Source: an uncultured delta proteobacterium | GTDB lineage: Bacteria > Myxococcota > Myxococcia > SLRQ01 | Assembly (NCBI GenBank): GCA_963727485.1 | Contig: CAVSGM010000003.1 | Coordinates: 576,001 to 640,000, forward strand | DNA: 64,000 nucleotides | Direction: 5' to 3' | Shown: in pieces, positions 1 through 10,500 of the stretch | Numbering within the stretch: position 1 is the first letter of the stretch | Layout of the letters: the number at the start of each line of letters is the position of its first letter | The notes under the pieces: generated by a model | Seen by the model: the letters and a program-made list of their open reading frames with translations, nothing else | Told to the model about the DNA's origin: nothing | The model's database searches: none | Translations under genes and position numbers: made by a program

Positions 1-129
1 CGACTCCGACCGGGCGTTCTAGGCGACCGGCCAGCCGTCAGAGCCGCCGCCGGGCCCGGGTCGGTGAAATCGCCCGGGCGGGCCCGCGTATCCGAGGATG
101 CGCACCTTCCCACCCCCCTGGAGGCTCTC

Positions 130-510
130 ATGGCCAAGCACGTCGCGATTCTCGGCTTCATCTACGGCATCTTCGGGGTCTTCGCCGCCCTGGCGGGGGT
201 CACGGTGATGCTCTTCGGTTGGGGCGCGGGCCTCGCGGTGTGGATCGGCGGCCACGATCACGCCGGGGCCGCCGGAGCCGTGGCGGCGATGGCCGGCAGC
301 GGCATCGGGCTGATGCTCCTCTTCGGCGGGGTCCTCAACGGCCTCACGGCCATCGGGCTCTGGGGCCGGCGCCGCTGGGGAAGGATCCTGGGGATCGTCG
401 CCTCCATCCTCAACATCCTCCCCCTCACCTGGATGAGCCTCTTCGGCGTCTACGGCCTCTGGGTGCTCTTCTCGGAAGAGGGCAAGCGCGAGTTCGCCGT
501 CGCGCGTTGA
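130..510 (+). CDS. small multi-pass membrane protein, unknown function
   Basis: ATG at 130 after GGAGG; 3-4 hydrophobic segments (MAKHVAILGFIYGIFGVF...; ...YGLWVLFSEEGKREF). Confidence 0.7.
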   Translation: MAKHVAILGFIYGIFGVFAALAGVTVMLFGWGAGLAVWIGGHDHAGAAGAVAAMAGSGIGLMLLFGGVLNGLTAIGLWGRRRWGRILGIVASILNILPLTWMSLFGVYGLWVLFSEEGKREFAVAR

Positions 511-540
511 GCGCGGCTCCCAGCGCCCTAGAGTCCGGCC

Positions 541-885
541 ATGCGCGACTGCATCTTCTGCCAGATCCGCGACGGCAAGGCCCACGCCCAGGTGGTCTAC
601 CAGGACGACGAGGTCCTCGCCTTCGACGACATCAACCCCAAGGCCCCGACCCACGTGGTCATCATCCCCAAGCGGCACATCGCCACCCTCAACGACCTCG
701 CGCCCGGTGACGCCGAGCTGGTGGGCCGGCTCCACCTGGTGGCGAGGGGCATCGCCGCCGACCGGGGCCACGCCGAGCCCGGCTACCGGGTGGTGATGAA
801 CTGCAACCGGGCGGCCGGCCAGTCGGTCTTCCACATCCACCTGCACCTCCTGGGCGGCCGGCCCCTGGCCTGGCCACCGGGGTAG
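541..885 (+). CDS. hinT: histidine triad (HIT) nucleotide-binding protein
   Basis: DCIFC N-terminus, AFDDINPKAPTHVVIIPKRHI, GQSVFHIHLHLLGG histidine triad. Confidence 0.95.
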   Translation: MRDCIFCQIRDGKAHAQVVYQDDEVLAFDDINPKAPTHVVIIPKRHIATLNDLAPGDAELVGRLHLVARGIAADRGHAEPGYRVVMNCNRAAGQSVFHIHLHLLGGRPLAWPPG

Positions 886-891
886 ATCGCC

Positions 892-1086
892 ATGCTGAAG
901 CTCCTCCTCTGGTGCCTCCTCTTCGTGGCCTGCTGGCCGCTGGCCCTCTTCGCCCTGGTCCTGTGGCCGTTGGCCTGGCTGGTGCTCCTGCCCTTCCGGC
1001 TCCTGGGCATCGCCGTCGACGGCGTCCTGGCGTTCATCCGGGCGGTGGTGATGCTCCCGGCGCGGCTCCTGGGCGCCCGGGCCTGA
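892..1086 (+). CDS. small hydrophobic membrane protein
   Basis: 64-aa Leu-rich ORF starting 6 nt after hinT, host-like codon usage. Confidence 0.65.
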   Translation: MLKLLLWCLLFVACWPLALFALVLWPLAWLVLLPFRLLGIAVDGVLAFIRAVVMLPARLLGARA

Positions 1087-1108
1087 GGCGGCCGGGGCGC
1101 CCGGTGGC

Positions 1109-2215
1109 CTACTTGCGCTGCGCCTCCACCTGGGAGGAGGTGGCGTAGATGTCGGGCCGGGGATCGCCTTTGACCACCAGCTGCCCCAGCGCCCCCTGCT
1201 CCACGCGGAAGATCGCGTGGTCCACCAGCTTGTAGGTCCCGGGGACGGTGAGCCCGAAGTCCACCACCGTGGCCCCGCCGGCGGGGACCAGGGTGGTCTG
1301 GAGGTCGTGGGCCGGCGGGCTCACCAGGTCGCCCTCCCGGTACACGTGGTCGAAGTGCTCGCCGATCACGTGGAAGGAGGAGATGAGGTTGGGGCCGATG
1401 TCCCCGAAGAAGATCCGCACCGTCTCCCCGGTCTTGGCGTGGAGGGCGCCGGCGCCGGTGAGCGCCCCGACCTTCCCGTCGAACACCACGTAGCGGGGCC
1501 GCTCGGCGAGGCCGGCGGCGTGGTCGAAGGGCAGCACCTTGGACCCGGGCTTCGGGTCCCCGGCGTAGAGCTCGGACTGCATCACGTAGAACTCGTGGTC
1601 CACGTGGGGCAGCCCGCCCTTGGGCTCCACCAGGATGAGGCCGTACATCCCGTTGGCGATGTGGGTCGCCACCGGCGGCACGGCGCAGTGGTAGACGAAG
1701 AGCCCGGGGTAGAGGAGCCGGAAGCGCACGGTCTTCGGGTGCCCCGGGACCACGATGGTCGCCGCCGACCCGCCGCCGGGGCCGGTGACCGCGTGGAGGT
1801 CGATGTCGTGGGGCATCCCGGTGGCGTCGGCGTTGGTCAGCGTCAGCTCCAGGACGTCGCCGACCCGGGCGCGGATGAACGGCCCCGGGGTGTGCCCGTT
1901 GAAGGTCCAGTAGGTGTAGGCGTAGTCGTGGTCGCCCACCGGGAGGGTCACCCGGCTGGTGGTCAGGTGGACCTGGAGGATCACCGGGTGGTCCCGGTGG
2001 ATTGGCGGCGGCACCTTGGGGGCGAAGGTGAGCTTCGCCTTCACCGTCTCGGAGGGCTCGGGCAGGGGCGTCGTCGAGGGCCGGGTGACCGGCTCCAGAT
2101 GGGTGGCGCGGGCCGGGCCCTGGGCCGGAGACGGCGCGGCCTGGCAGCCGGCGCCGAGGGCGACGAGGCCGGCGGTGGCGAGGGTGAGGGCGAGGCGGTC
2201 GAGGGTGTGGTGCAT
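1109..2215 (-). CDS. nirK: copper-containing nitrite reductase (AniA/class II type), predicted lipoprotein
   Basis: WTFNG-PGP, PHDIDLHAVTG, YHCAVPPVATHIANGMYGLILVEP (type 1/type 2 Cu ligands), SSFHVIGE, LVDHAIFR; signal peptide ending LGAGC; GGAGA RBS before ATG at 2215. Confidence 0.93.
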   Translation of the reverse strand: MHHTLDRLALTLATAGLVALGAGCQAAPSPAQGPARATHLEPVTRPSTTPLPEPSETVKAKLTFAPKVPPPIHRDHPVILQVHLTTSRVTLPVGDHDYAYTYWTFNGHTPGPFIRARVGDVLELTLTNADATGMPHDIDLHAVTGPGGGSAATIVVPGHPKTVRFRLLYPGLFVYHCAVPPVATHIANGMYGLILVEPKGGLPHVDHEFYVMQSELYAGDPKPGSKVLPFDHAAGLAERPRYVVFDGKVGALTGAGALHAKTGETVRIFFGDIGPNLISSFHVIGEHFDHVYREGDLVSPPAHDLQTTLVPAGGATVVDFGLTVPGTYKLVDHAIFRVEQGALGQLVVKGDPRPDIYATSSQVEAQRK

Positions 2216-2255
2216 GGCGGGTCTCCAGGGGTGCGGGGGGTTCGCCCGCCCGCAC

Positions 2256-2271
2256 TGCATCGCACGTGCCT
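2256..2271 (-). promoter_or_regulatory. sigma54 (-24/-12) promoter for nirK
   Basis: Minus strand aGGCACGtgcgaTGCA = GG-N10-GC, close to TGGCACG-N4-TTGCW, about 40 nt upstream of the start. Confidence 0.6.
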
Positions 2272-2463
2272 CGGCCAGCCGCCAGCCTTGCCTGGCGCCA
2301 ATTATGGACAAATTGGTCCGTTATCGGGATCCGGACCGTGATCCGCCCGCGACGGGGCCCCCGCGCCCCCGCGCGCCCTGCGCGGCGACCGGGGATGGTG
2401 CGCAAGCCATGCGTTGCTGGCGGCCTTGGTGCCTCCCTCCAGACCCCTCGCAGCGACACACGT

Positions 2464-2503
2464 TGGGATACGTTGGGGCGGATCGCCCCAATGGGATACG
2501 TTG
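2464..2503. promoter_or_regulatory. repeat element, candidate enhancer-binding-protein site upstream of nirK
   Basis: 12-bp direct repeat TGGGATACGTTG at 2464 and 2492 flanking the palindrome TTGGGGCG-gat-CGCCCCAA. Confidence 0.4.
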
Positions 2504-2599
2504 TGACGCGTTCCGAGGGGGCCGGGAGGGGACCCAGGAGGCTGCCGCGATCCCGCCCGCCGCGCGCGCGGCCCCCGCGGCCCCCACCCACGGCCCGGA

Positions 2600-4501
2600 T
2601 CAGACCCCGGGGCGGGACACCGCGGCGTCGAGGAGCCGCTCGGTGAAGTCGTAGGCGCCCGGCCGGGGGAGCTCGCCGCGCCGGCCCGCCGAGAGGTGGG
2701 CGCTCGAGGTCACCAGGGCCATGTGGGTGAAGGCCTGGGGGAAGTTTCCCAGCGCCTCGCCGGTCGCCGGGTCCGCCTCCTCGGCGTAGAGGCCCACGTC
2801 GTTGGCGAGCCCCAGGAGCCGGTCGAAGATGGCCTCGGCCTCGGGGAGGCGGCCGGCGTGGGCCAGGGCGTCGACCAGCCAGAAGGAGCACAGGAGGAAC
2901 GCCCCCTCGCCCCCGGAGAGCCCGTCCTCGGCGCGGTAGCGGTGGAGCAGGCCGCCGCCCCCGTCCTCGAGCTCGGCGCGGACCCGGTCGAGGGTCGCGA
3001 GCACCCGGGGGTCGTCCGGGGGGAGCAGGCCCATGGCCGGGACCAGGAGCACCGAGGCGTCGGCGACCTCGTGGCCGAGGGCCTGGGGGAACCAGCCGAC
3101 CCGGTCGGCCTCGGCGAGCAGCGCGTCCCGGACGGCGTCCCGCTCGGTGACCCACCGGCCCGGGGCCGGGAGGCCGTGGTCCTTGGCGATGCGCAGCGCG
3201 CGGTCGAGGGCCACCCAGCAGTGGAGCTTGGAGTGGACGAAGTGCCGTGGGGTGTCGCGGATCTCCCAGATCCCGTGGTCGGCGTCATGCCAGCGCTCGG
3301 CGACGAGGTCGGTGAGGTGCCGGAGGAACTTCCAGTTGGCGCTCACGTCGCCGCCGAGCTTGGGGTAGAGCCAGGCCGCCTCCATGAACTGGCCGTAGGC
3401 GTCGAGCTGCATCTGCTTCACCGCGCCGTTGCCGATGCGCACCGGGCGTGAGCCCCGGTGGCCGGCGAGGTGGCCGAGCTCCACCTCCGGGAGCGAGCGG
3501 CGGCCGTCGATGCCGTACATGATCTGGATGTCCTCGGGGCGGCCGGCGCCGGTGCGCTGGATCCAGCGCTTGAAGGCGTCGGCCTCGGCCCGGTAGCCGA
3601 GGACGTAGAGCGAGGTGAGGGTGAGGGTGGCGTCGCGGATCCAGGTGTAGCGGTAGTCCCAGTTGCGGCCGCCGCCGACGGCCTCGGGGAGCGAGGTGGT
3701 GGGCGCGGCGACCACCGCGCCGGTGGGGGCATAGGTCAGCGCCTTGAGGACCAGGGCCGAGCGGCGGACCTGCCCGGGATGGTCGCCGTCGTAGCGGCCC
3801 CGGGCGCTCCAGGCCTGCCAGTAGCCGATGGTGGTCTCGAGGCGCCGGGCGAGCTCGGCGGCCCCGGCGACGGGCTCGGCCTCGAGGTGGGCCCGGTGCC
3901 AGGCACACTGGACGTAGGCCTCCTCCCCGGCGGCGAGGCTCCACCGCGCCTTGAGGCGTTCGCGCGTCGCCTCCAGGGGGCGGGTGGCGACCACCCGGAG
4001 GGCGTCGGCGCCGCCCACGATGTCGGCAGCGCCGACGATGCCCGCCCCGCCGCGGGAGCCGGCCGCGGCGCCGGGATCGACGAGGCGGAAGCGGGGCACG
4101 AAGGCGCCGTACTCGAAGCGGGGCGCCACCGTGACCCGGACCTCCACCTCGCCCTCGAGGCAGCGCACCCGCCGGAGGAGGGCGTGGTGGGAGGTGAGGG
4201 TCGACGGCCGCGCCGGGTCCCCGGGCTCCAGCGGCATGCAGTCGGTGACCTCGAGGACCCCACCGGCGCACTCGAAGGTGGTGGCCAGCACGTTGGTCCC
4301 CTCGAGGTAGGCGCGGTGGCTCTTGAACCGGCTCCGGGGCTGGACGGTGAACGAGCCGCCGTGGTCGGCGTCGAGGATCCGGGCGAAGACCGCCGGGCTG
4401 TCGAAGGCCGGGAAGCAGGCCCAGTCGACCGAGCCGTCGAGGGAGACCAGGGCGGCGCTGTGGCAGTCGCCGAGGAGGGCGTAGTCGGCGATGCGGCGCA
4501 C
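2600..4501 (-). CDS. glycoside hydrolase family 15 (trehalase/glucoamylase-like)
   Basis: IADYALLGDCHSAALV, APTTSLPE..GG.RNWDYRYTWIRDA, GIWEIR, EGAFLLCSFW, GNFPQAFTH. Confidence 0.93.
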   Translation of the reverse strand: MRRIADYALLGDCHSAALVSLDGSVDWACFPAFDSPAVFARILDADHGGSFTVQPRSRFKSHRAYLEGTNVLATTFECAGGVLEVTDCMPLEPGDPARPSTLTSHHALLRRVRCLEGEVEVRVTVAPRFEYGAFVPRFRLVDPGAAAGSRGGAGIVGAADIVGGADALRVVATRPLEATRERLKARWSLAAGEEAYVQCAWHRAHLEAEPVAGAAELARRLETTIGYWQAWSARGRYDGDHPGQVRRSALVLKALTYAPTGAVVAAPTTSLPEAVGGGRNWDYRYTWIRDATLTLTSLYVLGYRAEADAFKRWIQRTGAGRPEDIQIMYGIDGRRSLPEVELGHLAGHRGSRPVRIGNGAVKQMQLDAYGQFMEAAWLYPKLGGDVSANWKFLRHLTDLVAERWHDADHGIWEIRDTPRHFVHSKLHCWVALDRALRIAKDHGLPAPGRWVTERDAVRDALLAEADRVGWFPQALGHEVADASVLLVPAMGLLPPDDPRVLATLDRVRAELEDGGGGLLHRYRAEDGLSGGEGAFLLCSFWLVDALAHAGRLPEAEAIFDRLLGLANDVGLYAEEADPATGEALGNFPQAFTHMALVTSSAHLSAGRRGELPRPGAYDFTERLLDAAVSRPGV

Positions 4502-4567
4502 CGGTCGAGTATAGCCGGGGCCGACGCGCGTTGCCCGGGCCGCGGGCGCGTGTTACCCGTCGGCGCC

Positions 4568-5533
4568 ATGGACGAGACCGGCAAGGCCACGCTCCGCGAG
4601 GGCAATCCCATCATGCTGGTGGACTGGAAGGCGCGCAGCTACTTCGCCACCCTCAAGGCCGGCGGCCGCACCGACATCCGCGGCCACCAGTTCGCCCACG
4701 ACGACATCCTCGGGCGGCCCGAGGGCTTCCGCCTCGACTCCAGCCGGGGCAAGCCCTTCTTCATCCTCCGGCCGACCCTCGGCGAGTACGTGCCCAAGAT
4801 GCCGCGCCACGCCACGGTCATCTACCCCAAGGATCTCGGCACCATCCTGGTCTACGCCGACATCTTCCCCGGGGCGAAGGTCCTGGAGGCGGGCATCGGC
4901 TCGGCGGGGCTGTCGCTGGCGCTGCTCCGCGCCATCGGGCCGGCCGGGCACCTGACGAGCTACGAGATCCGCACCGAGGCCATCAACCGCGGGGAGAAGA
5001 ACATCGCCGCCTACCTCGGCGAGGTCGAGAACCACACCATCAAGGTCGCCGACGTCTACGCGGGCATCGACGAGACCGGGCTCGACCGGATCGTCCTCGA
5101 CGTCCCCGAGCCCTGGCAGGTGGTGCCCCACGCCATCCACGCCCTGCGCGACGGCGGCGGGTTCTGCGCCTACTCGCCCACGACCCTCCAGGTCCAGGAG
5201 ACGGTGGCGGCCCTGAAGAAGAGCCACGCCTTCGTCCGGGTCGAGACCTGGGAGTCGCTCCAGCGCGGGTGGCACGTGGCGCCGATGAGCGTGCGCCCGG
5301 ACCTCAACATGGTCGGGCACACGGGCTTCCTCACCTTCGCCCGGAAGGTGCGCGGGGGGCCGGAGCCGGGGACGCCGGTGACCGCGCCGAGGCCCGGCGA
5401 GGGCGCCTGGGAGGATCCCAAGCACCCGGGCAAGGCGGCGCCGGGCGAGGGCGGCTCGGAAGCGACGGACGGCGCGGGTACCGACGACGGGCACGACGAC
5501 CCGGAGGAGACCGGATGGCCGACTACGACGTGA
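4568..5533 (+). CDS. trmI: tRNA (adenine-N1)-methyltransferase (GCD14/TrmI)
   Basis: MPRHATVIYPKD, VLEAGIGSAGLS, SYEIR, LDVPEPW, GHTGFL; acidic low-complexity tail. Confidence 0.9.
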   Translation: MDETGKATLREGNPIMLVDWKARSYFATLKAGGRTDIRGHQFAHDDILGRPEGFRLDSSRGKPFFILRPTLGEYVPKMPRHATVIYPKDLGTILVYADIFPGAKVLEAGIGSAGLSLALLRAIGPAGHLTSYEIRTEAINRGEKNIAAYLGEVENHTIKVADVYAGIDETGLDRIVLDVPEPWQVVPHAIHALRDGGGFCAYSPTTLQVQETVAALKKSHAFVRVETWESLQRGWHVAPMSVRPDLNMVGHTGFLTFARKVRGGPEPGTPVTAPRPGEGAWEDPKHPGKAAPGEGGSEATDGAGTDDGHDDPEETGWPTTT

Positions 5534-7510
5534 AGCGGATGCTCTCCCTGTCCCGGGTGTCGGCGGTGGCGCCGTCGCCCGACGGAACCTGGGCGGCGGT
5601 GCAGGTCGCCCGCCTCGACACCGACGGGGGCAAGCTCGTCTCCGACCTCTGGAAGCTGCCGCTCGCCGATCGCGCGCAGCCGGCGGTGCGGCTGACCTGG
5701 GGCGACTTCGACGACACCGCGCCGTGCTTCCGCGCCGACGGGGCCCTGGGCTTCCGCTCCAACCGCCCCCGGCGCCCGGACAAGCCCGAGCCCGGCGAGG
5801 ACAAGCGCACCCAGGTGTGGCTCCTCGGTGCGGGCGGGGGCGAGCCCCGGCCCCTGACCGACGAGCCCCTCGGCGTCAGCGCCTTCCGCTTCGCCCGGCG
5901 CGGCGACGTCCTGGCGATGATCTGCCCGGTGCTCCCGGAGGTGCCCCACGCCGAGCAGCGCGAACGGGCCAAGGCGCTCGCCGAGCAGGGCCCCTCGGCG
6001 CTCCACTTCAAGCGGATGCCGGTGCGCTACTGGGACCACTGGTTCGGGCCCACGGTGCCCCACCTGGTGGTGAGCGACCAGGACGGCCGCGGGCGCACCG
6101 ACCTCACGCCGGACGCCGACCACCGCGCCTACCGGGAGGCGGCGTTCGACGTCTCCGACGACGGGCGCTTCGTGGTGATCACCGCCGCCCGCCCGGGCCC
6201 GGACCGGGTCGACGACCGGGGCCTCGAGGTCTTCGAGGTGGCCACCGGCCAGAAGGCGCCTGCTCCCCGGTGACCCCCGCACCGAGTACGCGAGCCCGGT
6301 GCTCTCGCCGGACGGCACCCAGGTGGTCTCCGCCCGCGAGCAGCGCTTCGACGACCGGGCGCCGGAGGTGACCCTCTTCGTCCAGCCCACCGCCGGCGGC
6401 GAAGGTCACGCGCTGGCGCCGGAGTGGGACGTGTGGCCCGCGGCCTCGGCGTTCACCGAGGACGGCCAGGCGGTGCTGTGCACCGCGAGCCTCATGGGCG
6501 AGGTGCCGGTGTTCCGGGTGCCGCTGGGCGGCGGTGACCCGGTGCGCGTCACCGCGGCCTCGGCCCCGGGGACCCACGAGGGCGTGCGCCCCCTGCCGGG
6601 CACCGGGCGCCTGATCGGCCTCCGGCACCGCCAGCTCCACCCGCCCGAGGTCTTCCTCGTCGACGACGCCGAGGGCGCCCTCCCCGAGCTCGCCTCGTCC
6701 CTCTCCGGGTTCACCGAGGCCGACGGCGCCAACCTGGCCACCCTCGAGCGCTTCACCGTCGACGGCGCCGGGGGCGCCAAGGTGGAGACCCTGCTCCTCA
6801 AGCCCGCGGTGACCACGGAGAGGCCCCCGACCCTCCTGTGGATCCACGGGGGCCCGATCATGGCCTCGGGCGACGGCTGGCACTGGCGGTGGAACCCGCT
6901 CATCCCCGTGGCCGCCGGCTACGCGGTGGCGCTCCCCAACCCCCGGGGCTCCACCGGCTACGGCCAGGCGTTCATCGAGGGCATCTGGCGCAACCGCTAC
7001 GGCGCCGAGTGCTACGAGGACCTCATGGCCGTCACCGACGCCCTCGAGGCCCGGCCCGACCTGGACGAGACGCGCATCGCCGCCATGGGCGGGAGCTTCG
7101 GCGGCTACATGTCCAACTGGATCGGCGGGAGCACCGACCGCTTCCGGGCCCTCGTCACCCACGCCAGCCTCTTCGACTTCCGGGCCTTCTACGGGGTCAC
7201 CGACCTGCCGGCCTTCTGGGCCCTGGAGCTCGACGGGACGCCCTACGCCGACCCCGACGCCTTCGAGCGCTACTCGCCCCACACGCGGGTCCACAAGTGG
7301 AAGACCCCGACGCTGGTGATCCACGGCGAGCGCGACTACCGGGTGCCGCTGGGCGAGGGGCTGGCGCTCTTCGAGGCCCTGCAGCTCCACGGGGTGGACA
7401 GCGAGCTGCTCGTCTTCCCCGACGAGAACCACTCGATCCTGGGGCCGAAGAACGCCGAGGTCTGGTACGGGAAGGTCCTGGAGTTCCTCGGGCGGCACCT
7501 GGCGGCCTGA
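5515..7510 (+). CDS. S9 family (prolyl oligopeptidase/acylaminoacyl) peptidase; one frameshift near 6256
   Basis: N-terminal propeller (SPDG repeats) 5515-~6256, then IHGGP, NPRGSTGYG, GGSFGG, HGERDYRVP, FPDENH in the next frame; removing one G in aaggcgcc restores ...QKRLLPGDPRTEY... Confidence 0.88.
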
Positions 7511-7525
7511 CCCGGCGCGTCGGCG

Positions 7526-10500
7526 TCAGGCGATCGTCAGCCCCAGCTTCCGGCGCAGGGCCCCGTGGGCGGGGTCGATGGCGAAGCGCACCAGCTCGCG
7601 GAGCGCCTGGCGCGCCACCTCGCCCTCGATCCGCAGCGCCTCCACCGCCGCCTGGGGCGTGCCCGCGAGGAGCAGCCCGGCGCGCACCGCGCTGTGCTCC
7701 ACCGCCTCGGCGAAGGTGATCAGGTCGCCGACCCGGCGGGCCTCGGCGAAGCGCCGGGCGGCGTCGCCCACCCCCGGCCGGCGCTCGGCGGGGAGGGCCT
7801 TCTCCAGGCGGGCGGCCAGCGGCCTCGCGGCGGCCTCGGCCTCGGCGCCCAGGGTCTCGGCGGCGCCGCCGAAGATCACCGCGGCGTCCACCAGCTGCTT
7901 GAGCTCGGCCAGCGAGAGCACCCGGGCGGCGACCCAGCCGGGGCGCATCCCCATCAGCGCCCGGGCGGCGTGGAAGCGCAGGGCGGCGGCGTCGAGCGCC
8001 CGGTGGCCGGCGACGACCTCCGGGGCCACGGTGAGCACGGGCTTCGGCGCCAGCACCGGCGCGAAGACCGCCTCGCCGCCGGCGGGGGCCAGGTGGAGGT
8101 CGGCGGCGGGGATCCCCAGGGTCCGCACCGCCAGGAGCAGCGCCTCGGCCACCCGCTCGGCGAAGGGCCCGGCGCTGGTGGTGAACGAGCCGCCGGTGCG
8201 CAGCCGCGCCGCCCGGCCCGTGGGGGCGAAGAGGGACGCGCCCTCGGCGCCCAGCGCCGCCACCAGGTCCGCGGCGGGGCCCCGGGTCCCCGGGTGGTCG
8301 AGGAGGGTCTCCCGGGCGCTGGGGGTCAGGGCCCGGGCGGGCCGGGGCCCCGCGTCCAGGGCCTCGGCGAGGCGCCGGGTGGGGCCGTCGGCCTCGTCGA
8401 CCAGCACCAGGAGCGAGGCCACCATCGCCGCCGCGTCACGATCACCGGCGGCGTCCCGGAGGCGCAAAAGCGCCCGGTAGGCGTCGACGTCGAAGGGCGA
8501 GGCGGTGAGCACCCGGCGCCAGGCGGCGTCGGCGTCGTCCTTGCGGCCGGTGCGCTCGGCGAGGCGGGCGAGGTCCTCGGCGGCCTTGAGGTCGTCAGGC
8601 TCGAGGTCCAGGAGCCGCGAGAGGGCGGCCATGGCCCCGGCGAGGTCCCCGAGCTGGTACCGCCGGACCTCGGCGAGCTCGCGCACCAGCGCCGCCTCGG
8701 TGGGCCCGGTCTCCCGGCGCCCGGCGAGCCACGCCAGGCCCGCGGCCAGGGGCGCCGCGTCGCGGGTGCGCGCCGCCAGCTCCCGGAGCCCCGAGAGGGC
8801 CGCCTCCACGGCGGGGCCTTCGCCCGCGAGCTCCAGGGCCCCCTGGTAGCACTCGGCGGCGGTCACCGGATCGTCGAGGTGGTCCCGGAGGAGGTCGGCG
8901 AGGCGGAGCTGGAGCTGCCCCCGAAGCGCCGGATCGGGCTCCCCGGCGAGGCGCCGGCGCAGGCTCCCCGCCGCCTCGAGGAAGGCGCCGAGCTTGCGCT
9001 GCTCCCGGGCCAGGGCGTCGAGGACCGCCGGGTCGTCGGGGTGCTCGGCCAGGGCCCGCTCCAGGACCTCGGCGGCCCGGCCGGCGTCGTGGAGGTGCTC
9101 GGCCCACACCGAGGCGATGTCCAGGTCGAGGCGCCGCCGGGTCTCCGGGTCGGAGGCCTGATGGCGGAGCCGCTCGCGGACCTCGACCACCTCGGCCCAG
9201 CGGCCGGTGGCGGAGAAGACCGTGGCCAGATCCGAGAGCACCCGCCGGTCGCCCGGGGCCAGGACCTGGGCCTGCTCCAGGAGGCTCGCCGCGTCGCCCG
9301 GGCGGCCCATGGCCGAGAGGCAGGCGGCGGTGCGCCGGAGGAGGTCCGCGCGGTCCACCGCCTCGAGGTCGTCGGCGTGATCGGCGAAGGTGCGCAGGAC
9401 CTCGTAGGCCCGCGGGGCATCCCCCCGGGCCTCCAGGAGCCGGGCCAGGGCGTCGAGGGTCGCCGGCCGGGTGGGCCCCAGGCGCAGGGCCTCCTCGAGG
9501 TGGCCGGTGGCCGCCGCCTGGCGCCCGAGGATCTCCGACGCGGTCGCCGCCTGGGCCAGCACCCCGGCCAGGGTCTCCCGGTCGGCGTCCGGGGAGAGCC
9601 CCCGGGCCGCCCGCTCCAGGAGCGCCGACGCGGCCTCGGCGTCGCCGCGGGCGAGATGGATGGCGGCGAGGGCGGCGCCGGCGGTGGGGTGGTCCGGGTC
9701 GGCGTCGAGGGCGGCGGCGAAGGCCTCGGCGGCCCCGGTCTCGTCGTCGGCGGCCTCGAGGCGCTCGCCCACCTCGGTGAGCAGCGCCGCGCGCTCGCCG
9801 CCGGAGCGGGCCCGGGCGGCGAGGATCCGGGCGACCTCGATGATCCCCGCGTCGTCCCCGGTGAGGCGCAGGAGCCGGAGCAGGGCCCGGCGCGCGGGCA
9901 GGGCGCCGGGGTCGGCCTCGGCGGCGGCGCGGTAGGCGGCGAGGGCCTCGGCGTCGTCGCCCCGGGCCTCGAGGAGCCGCCCCACCTGGGTGAGGCGCCC
10001 GGCCTGGGCTTCACCGCCGAGGGCCAGGGACGCCTCCTGGCGCCGCATCTCGATGGCGGTGTCCAGGTCGTCGGCGGCCTCGGCGAGGCGCGCCACCCCG
10101 TCGAGGGCGGCGGTGTTGTCCGGGTCGACCGCGAGGGCCGCGCGGTAGGCGGCGAGCGCCGCGGCCTCGTCGTGGAGCTGCTCCTCCTGGACCAGGCCCA
10201 GGATCACCCGGAGGTCGCCTTGGACCTCCGGGTCCCCGGTGGCCGCGGCGAGGCCCTCGTAGAGCTTCGCCAGATCGGCGTAGGCGGCCATCGCCGAGAG
10301 GAGGCGCACCAGCCCGGCCACGGCCTCCTCGGCCACCGGCGGCGACACCTCGGGCAGCGCCATCACCGCCTCGAGGTCGGCCCGGGCGCCGGCGAGATCG
10401 CCGAGGGTGGTCTCCTTGATCCCCGCGGCCCGGAGCAGAAGCGTCCCCCGGCGGTCGTCGTCGTCGACGCGCCGGGCGGCGTCCCCGAGGATCGCCGCCA

